Below, piece after piece: positions 27,436 through 36,930 of a stretch of 64,000 nucleotides of DNA. Source of the DNA: a bacterium (GTDB taxonomy: Bacteria > Vulcanimicrobiota > JABDET01); NCBI GenBank assembly GCA_021817145.1, contig JAKAVV010000006.1:83087-147086 (forward strand). The letters run 5' to 3'. Numbering within the stretch: position 1 is the first letter of the stretch; each line of letters opens with the position of its first letter. The notes below the pieces were generated by a model, which was given only the letters and a program-made list of their open reading frames with translations, made no database searches and was not told where the DNA came from. The position numbers and the translations under genes were made by a program.

Positions 27436-29376
27436 TTGGATAAAATTGCCTGGAATCCGACTGAAGATCAAGTAAAATCCAGCAGGATTTATTCTTTTAT
27501 GAAAAAGCGCGGGTTTGAAACTTATGATCAGCTTTATAAAAAAACAGTGCAAGATCCTGCCTGGTTCTGGGAGGTCTTTGTCGAGGATTTAAACCTGGAA
27601 TGGTATCAGTTATATCATAAAGTTTTAGAGATTCCTTCTAGCGGCTGGAAATGGGCGAAATGGTTTACCGGCGGAAAAATGAATTTGGTCCGAAATGCTT
27701 TAGATCGGCATGTTTTCAGTTCTAAGAGAAATCAATTGGCATTGATTTGGGAAGGGGAGGAAGGGAAAAAGGAAAAATTTTCTTACTTTGATCTTTACAA
27801 AGAGGTCTGCAGAACCGCGAATGGTTTGAAATCTCTTGGAATTAAAAAAGGGGATAGAGTCGGTATTTTTATGCCAATGACCCCTGAATGCGTGATTTCC
27901 ACTTTGGCTGTCTCTAAAATTGGAGCGATTTTTGTTCCTCTTTTTTCAGGTTATGGTTCTCAAGCCATTGCCGCAAGATTAAATGACTGCGAAGCAAAAC
28001 TTCTTTTTACATCAGATGGGTTTTACCGCAGAGGGAAACTGGTTTTGATGAAGCCAATCGCAGATGAGGCAATTGCTCTTTCTCCTTCTGTAAAACACTG
28101 CATTGTGCATCGAAGAACAGGGGAAAAGATTCTCTGGAGTAAAGACAGGGATTTAGATTGGCGTGAATTTTTAAATCAGTTCCCTGCTGCTTGTGTTACA
28201 GAGATCATGGATTCAGAAGATCCCTATATGATTATTTATACTTCGGGGACAACAGGAAAACCAAAAGGAACAGTTCATACTCACTGTGGCTTTCCTTTCA
28301 AAGCCGCGATGGATTTAGCCTATCATTTTGATTTAAAACCAGAAGATCTCCTTTTCTGGTTTAGTGACATGGGATGGATGATGGGACCTTGGGAAGTGGC
28401 TGGAGCTTTAACTCTTGGCAGCACTTTTTTTATTTATGATGGGGCTCCTGATTACCCTGATCCTGATCGGCTCTGGAGAATGATTGAAACTCATGGGATT
28501 ACAATGCTCGGATTATCTCCCACTGTGATTCGAGCGTTTATGAAATACCCTGCTGCATGGGTTGAAAAACGGGATTTATCTTCTCTTCGTGTTTTAGGTT
28601 CAACAGGAGAACCCTGGAATCCAGAAGCCTGGAATTGGTATTTCGAAAAAGTGGGAAAAAGAAAAGCTCCCATTATTAACTACTCAGGTGGAACTGAAAT
28701 TTCGGGTGGAATTTTAGCGTGCAGTTTTCTGCAGCCATTGAAACCTTGCTCTTTTGCTGGTCCAACCCTTGGAATGGATGCAGATGTGGTAAATGAGAGG
28801 GGGGAATCTGTGAAAGGGGAGGTCGGTGAGCTTGTGATCCGAGCTCCTTGGGTTGGAATGACTCGAGGATTCTGGAAAGATCCAGAGCGGTACGAAAAGA
28901 CTTACTGGTCTCGCATCCCTGGGATCTGGTTTCATGGGGACTGGGTTAAAATTGATGAGGATGGGTTCTGGTTTATAGAAGGGCGTTCTGATGACACGAT
29001 TAAAGTGGCGGGGAAAAGGATTGGTCCTGCTGAAGTGGAATCCGCTTTTACCAGTCATCCTTCTGTCTCAGAAGCAGCTGCCATCGGAATTCCTGATGAA
29101 TTAAAAGGAGAGGCGATCGTTTGTTTTGTGGTACTGAAACCAGGAATCATCCCTGATGAATCTCTGAGATCAGAATTGCGAAAAGCAGGGGGGAATTCTC
29201 TTGGGAAAGCAGTTGCTCCTCAAATGGTAAAGTTTGTGAAAGAGATTCCAAAAACTCGAAATGGAAAAGTCATGCGTCGAGTGATACGAGCAAAATATTT
29301 GGGATTAACCGATCTGGGGGATTTGTCAGGACTTGAGAGTTTGACAGCTTTAGAAGCGATAGAAAAAAGTTTTTAG
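27436..29376 (+). CDS. Acetate-CoA ligase-like AMP-binding enzyme
   Basis: IYTSGTTGKPKG, YSGGTE, WFHGD, GRSDDTIKVAGKR, PKTRNGKVMRR. Confidence 0.93.
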   Translation: MDKIAWNPTEDQVKSSRIYSFMKKRGFETYDQLYKKTVQDPAWFWEVFVEDLNLEWYQLYHKVLEIPSSGWKWAKWFTGGKMNLVRNALDRHVFSSKRNQLALIWEGEEGKKEKFSYFDLYKEVCRTANGLKSLGIKKGDRVGIFMPMTPECVISTLAVSKIGAIFVPLFSGYGSQAIAARLNDCEAKLLFTSDGFYRRGKLVLMKPIADEAIALSPSVKHCIVHRRTGEKILWSKDRDLDWREFLNQFPAACVTEIMDSEDPYMIIYTSGTTGKPKGTVHTHCGFPFKAAMDLAYHFDLKPEDLLFWFSDMGWMMGPWEVAGALTLGSTFFIYDGAPDYPDPDRLWRMIETHGITMLGLSPTVIRAFMKYPAAWVEKRDLSSLRVLGSTGEPWNPEAWNWYFEKVGKRKAPIINYSGGTEISGGILACSFLQPLKPCSFAGPTLGMDADVVNERGESVKGEVGELVIRAPWVGMTRGFWKDPERYEKTYWSRIPGIWFHGDWVKIDEDGFWFIEGRSDDTIKVAGKRIGPAEVESAFTSHPSVSEAAAIGIPDELKGEAIVCFVVLKPGIIPDESLRSELRKAGGNSLGKAVAPQMVKFVKEIPKTRNGKVMRRVIRAKYLGLTDLGDLSGLESLTALEAIEKSF

Positions 29377-32189
29377 GAAGATTCCTTTGTCAGCCAGGTT
29401 AACAGTTCTTCTGCTGTTTTTTCGAGATTGGCTTCCTTGATTTTTTCTCTGGCTGCTTCAGCTTGACTTTTTGAAAATTGAGGTTCTAGCCCATATAAGA
29501 TTTGAACTGCTTTGTTTTTCGTTTTTTGTTCGCTGGACGGATGGTTTGCGGAAAAACCAGCTAAAAGATACGCTTTCTCTTTCCCCTCTTTTTTCATAAA
29601 ACAGCTTGCAGCTGCAGCAAATACTCTTAAAATGATATGGTGAGCTTTAATTTTTAATGCGATTTCCAGAGCTTCTTTTAAACAGGTTAATCCTGCCGCA
29701 TCCTGGTTTATGTTGAGGAAGAGTAGTTCTCCTAAACCTGTAAGACAGATGGAGATTTCAAGCTGGGATTCGATTTTCCGAAACAATGCCAGGCTTTGCT
29801 TATAATAGGACTCAGCTTCCTTGTATTCTTGCAAATAAAAAGCGGTTTCTCCTAAATTTAAAAGGGCAATTCCTGCTATTTTATCATCCCTTATCTCTTT
29901 AAGAATGGAAAGGGATTTTTGATAAAAAACTTTTGCTTCCTCAAACTGTTCCATTTTGGCTTTGATGTTCCCAATATTTAAAAGAGAAATTCCTATGCTT
30001 CTCTGGTTTCCCAGTTCTTCTTTTATAACCAGGGCTTTTTCATAAAATAAAAGAGCTTTCTCGTTTTCTCCGAGGTCATCATAAAGATTCCCCAGATTAT
30101 TGTAGGCTTTTGATAGGCCTAATTTATCTTGTAATTTTTCTTGTATGCGCAGGTTCTTCAAGAAAAAAATTTCGGCTGCTTTGAATTTTCCCCTCTGCTC
30201 TTCAAGATTTCCAAGAACATTGAGACAGTACCCTTGTTCTGCAGAATTTTTTTCTTTTTGGAAAATAACAAGGCTTTTTTTAAGCCATTCTTCCCCTTTT
30301 TCGTATTGAGAGATCTGATTGTAAAGGGAACCCAATCTAGAGGCAAGGAAAGCATAGTTTTCTTTTTCATCAGGGGATTTATTTTTCATGAAGATCGAAA
30401 GAGCGGATTCGAACAGTTTAATCCCTTCCTGGTAAAAGCTTGAAAAGATAAAATAGTTGTGCAAGCTGAGAGCCAGCTCTGCCAACATTTTTGTTTTTTT
30501 ATTCCGAACCCCCCATTCCCAAGCCGACTTGAGATTTTCGTAATCTTCTCGAATCTCTTTTAAAGCAGCTGCCTGCTCTTTTCCTTTTAATTTTTCCCCT
30601 CTTTGTTTTAGGAATTGGAAGAAGTATTCAGCATGAGCTTTTTCGACCTGCTTTTTTTCTTTTTGGGTTAATTTTTTAAATCCGAATTCTCTTAAAATCT
30701 CATGAATCTCATATCTTCCTGAACCACTTTTTTGAATGAAAGATTGATCGGCTAAAGATAATAAAAGAGGAAGAGAAGCGAGAGCGATCTTTTCAGCTGC
30801 CTCTCTTTGGAATCCACTCTTAAAGATGGTAAGCTTTTTAAATCCTTCTTTTTCTTCCTCTGATAGAAGTTTCCAAGAGGATTCAAAAACAATCTGCATG
30901 CTTTTATGGTGAGCTTCCAATCCTGGTGATTGGGTAGAAAGGAGATCTAGATTTTTATCAATCTCTTCTGCAATCTCTTCACAGGATAAAACTCGAATCC
31001 AGGAAGCGGCTAGTTCAATTCCTAGAGGAGAGTTTTCAACAAGCCTGCAGATTTTAAGAACTGCTGATTTTTTACTGTCGTCTAGATTGAAATCAGGAAT
31101 TATGTTTCTGGCTTTTTGGAGAAAGAGTTGAATCGCGGAGTAATTTTCAAAATTCTCTGTTTTTTCATTTTCAGGGGACTGCAGCCCTTCCAGAGGAAAA
31201 CTGACTTCTCCTGGAACATTTAATCTGATTCTTGATGTGACCAGCTGCTTGAGTTTTGGGGCTTCTTTTAAGATTTCATGAACAAGATGGCTGTTTTGGG
31301 TTAAATGTTCAAAATTGTCAAAGATCTGGAGCGCTTCTTTGTCTTTCAAGTAATTGATGATTTGAGTTTTTTCTTCTGCCCCTTTCTGAAAGGTGTAGTT
31401 CATAGAAGCGGCAATAGCAGGAATAATCTGAGCAGGGGAATCTAAAGATACAAGCGGCACAAAAAATACGCCATCTTTAAATAGTTCCAGGTTTTCAGCA
31501 GCGGTTTGAATGGCAAGCCTTGTTTTCCCAACCCCTCCTGGACCAAGAATTGTGATCAATCTGCAGGAAGAATCTTGCAGCTTTTTTGAGAGCTTGAGCA
31601 GTTCCATCCCTCTTCCCACAAAAGGTGAGAATTGAACAGGGAGATTGTTGGGGTGAGAGGATAAGGATCTCAAGGGAGGAAATTTTTTTATCTGAAGACA
31701 TGGATGAATCAATTGGAATAAAGGGGTTGGTTCTTCTAAATCTTTTAATCTATGGGTTCCTAGATCTTCTAAAAAGGCTCCTGGAGGGAGTTTGCACTTG
31801 TGCGCAGCATCAGAGGATAATAGAATTTGTCCTCCCCAGCCGCAGGCAAGGATTCGGGCAGTGCGATTGACAGCAGGTCCAAAGTAGTTGTCCCCCCTTT
31901 TTTCAGCTTCTCCAGCATGGATGGCAATTCGAATCCTTACCTCTCCTAGTGAACCCCAGTTTTCTCCGGCAAATTTTTTATTCATTTCAACAGCAAATTG
32001 TAGAGGATCTCCTTTTTCAAAAATTGCAAAAATGCCGTCCCCTGTGTGAGAAACAAAAATTCCTTGGAAAGCCTTAAGCCCTTCTTTTAAAAGAGCATCA
32101 TGATGATCTAAGGCTTTTGCCATTTCATCAGGATGCTGCTCCCATTTTTTTGTGGATCCTTCAATATCAGTAAAAAGAAAGATTGGCAT
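29373..32189 (-). CDS. Class III adenylate/guanylate cyclase + NB-ARC-like STAND ATPase + TPR protein
   Basis: FLFTDIEGST, GDG, NYFGPAVNRTAR; GPGGVGKT, DNFEH; TPR repeats (AYNNLG). Confidence 0.92.
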   Translation of the reverse strand: MPIFLFTDIEGSTKKWEQHPDEMAKALDHHDALLKEGLKAFQGIFVSHTGDGIFAIFEKGDPLQFAVEMNKKFAGENWGSLGEVRIRIAIHAGEAEKRGDNYFGPAVNRTARILACGWGGQILLSSDAAHKCKLPPGAFLEDLGTHRLKDLEEPTPLFQLIHPCLQIKKFPPLRSLSSHPNNLPVQFSPFVGRGMELLKLSKKLQDSSCRLITILGPGGVGKTRLAIQTAAENLELFKDGVFFVPLVSLDSPAQIIPAIAASMNYTFQKGAEEKTQIINYLKDKEALQIFDNFEHLTQNSHLVHEILKEAPKLKQLVTSRIRLNVPGEVSFPLEGLQSPENEKTENFENYSAIQLFLQKARNIIPDFNLDDSKKSAVLKICRLVENSPLGIELAASWIRVLSCEEIAEEIDKNLDLLSTQSPGLEAHHKSMQIVFESSWKLLSEEEKEGFKKLTIFKSGFQREAAEKIALASLPLLLSLADQSFIQKSGSGRYEIHEILREFGFKKLTQKEKKQVEKAHAEYFFQFLKQRGEKLKGKEQAAALKEIREDYENLKSAWEWGVRNKKTKMLAELALSLHNYFIFSSFYQEGIKLFESALSIFMKNKSPDEKENYAFLASRLGSLYNQISQYEKGEEWLKKSLVIFQKEKNSAEQGYCLNVLGNLEEQRGKFKAAEIFFLKNLRIQEKLQDKLGLSKAYNNLGNLYDDLGENEKALLFYEKALVIKEELGNQRSIGISLLNIGNIKAKMEQFEEAKVFYQKSLSILKEIRDDKIAGIALLNLGETAFYLQEYKEAESYYKQSLALFRKIESQLEISICLTGLGELLFLNINQDAAGLTCLKEALEIALKIKAHHIILRVFAAAASCFMKKEGKEKAYLLAGFSANHPSSEQKTKNKAVQILYGLEPQFSKSQAEAAREKIKEANLEKTAEELLTWLTKESS

Positions 32190-32355
32190 ATTTTTCGTTT
32201 TTAAGTATGGTAAGAGATACTATTCTTTAATTCCATAAGAAATTCTATATTCTTGCATTATGGGGGATCATCCCCTGATTATCTGGATCAGTCAGCTTTT
32301 GTCCAGATGTACTCTTTGCTGGGAATTTCGGGACAAAATCTTTATCGCTCAATGT

Positions 32356-32388
32356 AAAAAAAGAAGGCTGTTTCACACAGCCCTCTTT
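32356..32388 (-). terminator. Intrinsic terminator of the HU gene
   Basis: Minus strand aaagagggctgt-gtgaa-acagccttc followed by a T-run. Confidence 0.75.
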
Positions 32389-32430
32389 CAATTATGATGC
32401 AGTAAAGCAGAAGGATAAACTTTTTTTCGT

Positions 32431-32736
32431 TTATCTCTTAGGAACAATCGCTTCTTTGCAAGCTTTAGCGACTCGGAATTTGACAACAGTTTTGGCGGGG
32501 ATTTTAATTGCTTCTCCAGTTTGAGGATTTCTTCCCATTCTTGCCTTTCGGTTTGCTTTTACAAGCTTCCCAATCCCTGGGACGACAAATTGTCCATTGC
32601 TTTTTGTTTCTTTAATAGCTAATGAAACTAATTCTTCTAAAAGTTCACTTACCTGTTTTTTTGTGGTTTCCACCTTTTCAGCTAAATGTGAAATGATTCT
32701 GCTTTTGGTCATTGTTTTGTTGTTTGATGAAGCCAT
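32431..32736 (-). CDS. hup: HU family DNA-binding protein
   Basis: PGIGKL...RKARMGRNPQTGEAIKIPAKTVVKFR. Confidence 0.96.
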   Translation of the reverse strand: MASSNNKTMTKSRIISHLAEKVETTKKQVSELLEELVSLAIKETKSNGQFVVPGIGKLVKANRKARMGRNPQTGEAIKIPAKTVVKFRVAKACKEAIVPKR

Positions 32737-32923
32737 AAGTCACTCTCCCTTGTTTTTAATTTTTTCCCTTTTGGGAAATGATTCAACACCTTGTATAAAA
32801 GCCTCTACCCTCCTTTCGTGATATGAAATATATGCGCTTTATGGCAAATTTGCCTTGATAAATGAAGATTCCTTCTAGAAAAAGGGCTTTTTAAAAGATT
32901 TTTTTAAAAAAAATAAGAAAAAA

Positions 32924-34138
32924 TCAAGAATGATGAGAGGCTTTTGTTTCCTGGAGCTTTGTCATTCCTGTAAAGGCTTGTTTAAATCCGTTCCAGTAAT
33001 CTTCTGTTTTTTGCGATTCCACCCAGGTTTGGGTAGTGGTTAATCCTTCCAAAATCAATTGGAATCCTTCTTCTTCTGCTTCTGCAAGTTTCAAGTTTTC
33101 TTCATTTTTAGGTGAGGCAGAGATTAACTTTTCTTTATCTGAAGAGAGGCGATTCAAGATGCTGACAGCTTTTTCTTTCGCTTGTTCTATAGCATGAAGC
33201 AGCTCTTGTTTGCTGACTTCTTCGTCTTGATAATCTTCTGCCAGATTGTGAATTCTGCCTAAATCTTTATATATTTTTGCTAGATTTCTGGAAAGGATCG
33301 GTTCTCCAGAAGCGGTTTCTCCTTCTTTTACATCTAAACCTGAAGAATAGGGGGGCTGATCTTGAAAAGGGAAAACAAAACTGCAGTAAACACATGTTTT
33401 TGCCCCCCCTGGATTGCGAGTTCCGCACCGAGGGCAGTTTTTCCCTTCATTTTTTGCGATTAAATCTAAGACTTTCTTGCAAAATTCATTGTATTCTTGA
33501 ATAAAAGATGCTAGTATTTTTAGGTTTTCTTGAACAGCGCGGTAGTTTTTCCCATTAAAGTCGTTTTGTATTTGTTTAAAAGTTTGGCGGGCGCTTTGGA
33601 GATCAGGCAGCTGGTTTTCTAGGGCTTCCTGCAGCTCAGAGTTCATTTCACAGGTTTGGATGATATGACGAAGGTTACGTCTGATCCCTTTAAAATGCCT
33701 TTCAAAAAGCGTTAATGTTTTTCCGAAAAAATCTTCTCCAATTTCTTGTTCTAAATGAGGAGCCGTATGAATTAGAATATTTAAAGGACCATCCTGAGAA
33801 GGAGAAGCAGCCATTTTTTCAAGAAAAAATTTGTTTATCTCAACAGTAATCTCTTCAAAAGAAGTTTCAAGAAGAGTTACCCCTTTTTCAAGCTCGGCTT
33901 CATGGCGGCTTAGTAAATACCCTTTTATTTGAGAAATCCCCTCTTTAAACTGAGAGAAAGCGGTTTTTAATTTAGGGAGTTCTTCTTCAAATCCAGGAGC
34001 AGCCCCTTCTTCAATTTGTCTTTCTGTCTGTGAACAGTCGGATTCAAGAAGGCTTAGATGGGCGGATAAGGTTTCATTTTCTACTTTCCCTTGTTTAATT
34101 TCATCACAAATCACGTAAAAGCTTTCGAATAAAGACAT
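32924..34138 (-). CDS. Hypothetical helical protein with central zinc ribbon
   Basis: CPRCGTRN...CVYC; E/L-rich helical flanks. Confidence 0.7.
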   Translation of the reverse strand: MSLFESFYVICDEIKQGKVENETLSAHLSLLESDCSQTERQIEEGAAPGFEEELPKLKTAFSQFKEGISQIKGYLLSRHEAELEKGVTLLETSFEEITVEINKFFLEKMAASPSQDGPLNILIHTAPHLEQEIGEDFFGKTLTLFERHFKGIRRNLRHIIQTCEMNSELQEALENQLPDLQSARQTFKQIQNDFNGKNYRAVQENLKILASFIQEYNEFCKKVLDLIAKNEGKNCPRCGTRNPGGAKTCVYCSFVFPFQDQPPYSSGLDVKEGETASGEPILSRNLAKIYKDLGRIHNLAEDYQDEEVSKQELLHAIEQAKEKAVSILNRLSSDKEKLISASPKNEENLKLAEAEEEGFQLILEGLTTTQTWVESQKTEDYWNGFKQAFTGMTKLQETKASHHS

Positions 34139-34258
34139 AAATGGATTATTCTAGAAGATTTTGAATTTTACTCCTTTTGAAACAAAAAAATCGCGGTTCT
34201 CCTTTTTCACACAAGAATGTCCGCGATTTTTGTTAAAAGGTCAATTGTCAGCAGTCGT

Positions 34259-34615
34259 TTAAATCGCTCCAGAGTTAATGGCTCCAAATACCTGAGACTG
34301 CATAGTTTGATCTTGCTGGAGATAAGTATTGGTTTGATTTTGGAAAGCCTGGTTCAATTTAGGTTGTGTTACAGCGCTTGCAATCCCGTTTCCTACCGCA
34401 TTTCCTGCCATGCTTCCTAACATTCCGCCGATCAGGGTGCCAACACCCGGAGATATCATTGTTCCAGCAATAGCGCCTAGAGCTCCTCCGCCCAGAGATC
34501 CCCCAATACTTCCAATCGTATGGGCTGTCTGAGCTGATTTAGCGGCTTTTAGAACTCCATAAGCTGGATCATTTTGAAGAGAAGTCCCTTGCAAAACATT
34601 TGGATTGATTGCCAT
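34259..34615 (-). CDS. Glycine-zipper small protein
   Basis: GGSLGGGALGAIAG...GTLIGGMLGSMAGNAVG (GxxxG repeats). Confidence 0.7.
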   Translation of the reverse strand: MAINPNVLQGTSLQNDPAYGVLKAAKSAQTAHTIGSIGGSLGGGALGAIAGTMISPGVGTLIGGMLGSMAGNAVGNGIASAVTQPKLNQAFQNQTNTYLQQDQTMQSQVFGAINSGAI

Positions 34616-34703
34616 TTTTACACCTCCATAATAACTTTCTTGTTCTTATTTTACCTGCAATTTCTGTTTTTGTCTAGGGGCAGTAGAAAGAATTTACAGA
34701 GAA

Positions 34704-35339
34704 TTAACAGACTTTTAACATTTTTTTCACCCACTCCTGAATTCCTAAGGGCAAAAGATGGTGTTCTTCTTCTTTAATTCGAGAATGAAGAGATAAAACT
34801 GTATCATGGGGTAGGATTGGAACAGCTTTTTTTGCCAGAACAGGTCCCTGATCCACTTTTTCTGTAACCAGATGAACAGTGCAGCCTGTCCATGACACCC
34901 CTGCTTCCAGGGCTAGGTTGACCGCGTTTTTTCCTCTAAAAATCCTGGAAATTGTCCCATCAGGAAGAGTGATTTCCTCTTTTTCAGCATCATCAGGGAG
35001 AAGAGAGGGATGAATATTGATAACAGCATCAGGAAAACAGGCTAAAAATTTAGCAGAAAGAATCCGCATAAAACCCGCTAATACAACTAATTGAACTTGA
35101 TGTTTTAAAAATTCATGGGCAAGGGTTTGATCGTAATTTTCTCTGTCTGAAAATTCTGCGGGATTTAGAGTTTTATAGGGAATTCCCGCTTTTTCCGCTT
35201 TTTTGAGAGCGGGAATTTCGGACTTATCAGAAGCCACTAAAACGATTTCAGCATTTAATTTTTTGTCTCTAACTGCGTCAATGACAGCCTGAAGATTGCT
35301 CCCTTCCCCTGAGACAAGGACACCTAGTTTAAGAGTCAT
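34704..35339 (-). CDS. purN: Phosphoribosylglycinamide formyltransferase
   Basis: SGEGSNLQA, LAGFMRIL, INIHPSLLP, GCTVHLV...DQGP. Confidence 0.96.
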   Translation of the reverse strand: MTLKLGVLVSGEGSNLQAVIDAVRDKKLNAEIVLVASDKSEIPALKKAEKAGIPYKTLNPAEFSDRENYDQTLAHEFLKHQVQLVVLAGFMRILSAKFLACFPDAVINIHPSLLPDDAEKEEITLPDGTISRIFRGKNAVNLALEAGVSWTGCTVHLVTEKVDQGPVLAKKAVPILPHDTVLSLHSRIKEEEHHLLPLGIQEWVKKMLKVC

Positions 35340-35355
35340 AGAATTTCGAAGAAAC

Positions 35356-36786
35356 TCAACATTTTGTGAGTTTTTGTTCAGGAATCAGGTCTGATGCTTT
35401 GTCCGCATTCAGAAAAATGGGGTATTTACCGGTTAAACAAGCTGCGCAAAAACCATTGGGATCAGAATTTTCACTCCTCTTTTTAAGCGCTGACTTAAAC
35501 AATCCTTCAAGAGTCAAATAATGAAGAGAATCAGCGCCTAGATAAGAACAGATTTGCTCCACTGTTTTATTATTAGCGATTAACTCTTCATAAGATGCCA
35601 TGTCAATTCCTAGATTGCACGGGTGTCGAATGGGTGGGGAGGTAATCCTTAAGTGCACTTCTTCTGCCCCTGATTCTTTTAATAGAGCCACAATTGCTTT
35701 GGTCGTATGCCCTCTCACAATGGAATCATCTACAACAATGACTTTTTTCCCATTCAACTGCTCTTTTAAGGGGTTGAATTTTAATCTGACCCCCATTTTT
35801 CTGAGTCTTTCTTCTGGCTGGATAAAAGTTCGCGCAATATAACGATTTTTAATAAGCCCTTCAAAAAAAGGGAGTTTGGATTCAAAGGCATATCCAATAG
35901 CTGATGGAACCGATGAATCAGGGATTGGCATGACTCCATCTGCCAGGATAAAGGATTCTCGAGCTAATTCCTGCCCCATACGGAAGCGGGTTTCATAAAT
36001 CAATTCATTATCAGAAATGCTGTCAGGTCTCATAAAATAAATTTTTTCAAAAATGCAAAATGATTTTTTGGCAGGGGCTGCAGAGGGGATGGTCTTTATT
36101 CCTGTTTTATCGATAATGACCCCTTCTCCAGGTTGGATCTCTCTGATGAAATCCGCGCCAATTGTCTGAAGAGCGCAGGATTCAGAGCTGATAACCCAGC
36201 CTGTGTCTCCGTTTTTGGACAGCTGTCCTAAACACAAAGGGCGAATTCCCTGTGGATCTCTGAACCCGATTAAACTGTCCTTTGTGCTCATCACAACAGA
36301 AAATGCCCCTGCGAGTTTTGAAATGGTATGTTTTAATCTTTCTTGAAGAGGTTTTCCGCTCAGAGAAGCAAAAATCTTTGCGATGATTTCACTGTCACAA
36401 GTCGTTTGAAGAGTTTCTCCATTTTCTATCAAATTTTTTCTTAAAAAGGGGTAATTGATAAGATTCCCATTGTGGGCAAGAGCCAGAGGACCGATATCGC
36501 TTTCAACTAAAAGAGGCTGCGCGTTCTGAAGGCTGGAATGCCCTGTTGTAGAGTAACGGTTATGCCCGATGCCAATAAATCCATTTAAATTCTCTAAAAT
36601 TTCTTCATTGAATACTTGTGAAACAAGTCCCATGTCTTTATAAAGGAAGATTTTTTCCCCATTTGAAACCGCTATTCCTGAAGACTCCTGTCCTCGATGT
36701 TGAAGAGCAAAAAGAGAAAAGTAAGTTAAATTGGCTGTATTTAAGCCTGGGGCATAGATTCCGAAAACAGCGCATTTGTCTTTCAT
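35356..36786 (-). CDS. purF: Amidophosphoribosyltransferase
   Basis: N-terminal DKC, LQHRGQES, GHNRYST, VDDSIVRG. Confidence 0.97.
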   Translation of the reverse strand: MKDKCAVFGIYAPGLNTANLTYFSLFALQHRGQESSGIAVSNGEKIFLYKDMGLVSQVFNEEILENLNGFIGIGHNRYSTTGHSSLQNAQPLLVESDIGPLALAHNGNLINYPFLRKNLIENGETLQTTCDSEIIAKIFASLSGKPLQERLKHTISKLAGAFSVVMSTKDSLIGFRDPQGIRPLCLGQLSKNGDTGWVISSESCALQTIGADFIREIQPGEGVIIDKTGIKTIPSAAPAKKSFCIFEKIYFMRPDSISDNELIYETRFRMGQELARESFILADGVMPIPDSSVPSAIGYAFESKLPFFEGLIKNRYIARTFIQPEERLRKMGVRLKFNPLKEQLNGKKVIVVDDSIVRGHTTKAIVALLKESGAEEVHLRITSPPIRHPCNLGIDMASYEELIANNKTVEQICSYLGADSLHYLTLEGLFKSALKKRSENSDPNGFCAACLTGKYPIFLNADKASDLIPEQKLTKC

Positions 36787-36930
36787 GATACTCTTTTTTG
36801 AATTTCAAGAGGCATCTATCAGGAACCTTCAAAAGGCTGACGGTTTTTTAACAATTTAGTTATTTATTTCTGTTTGATTTTCAGGTATTCTAAGAGTATG
36901 TTGCTGAGATAAAAAGAGATTAAGGAGGCT

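Noticed and set aside
32250-32312. Small hairpins (gggg-atcat-cccc; atctgga...tccagat) upstream of the cyclase gene
   Set aside because: No recognisable riboswitch consensus; short stems
36787-36930. Purine/ZTP riboswitch upstream of purF
   Set aside because: Conserved core nucleotides not found
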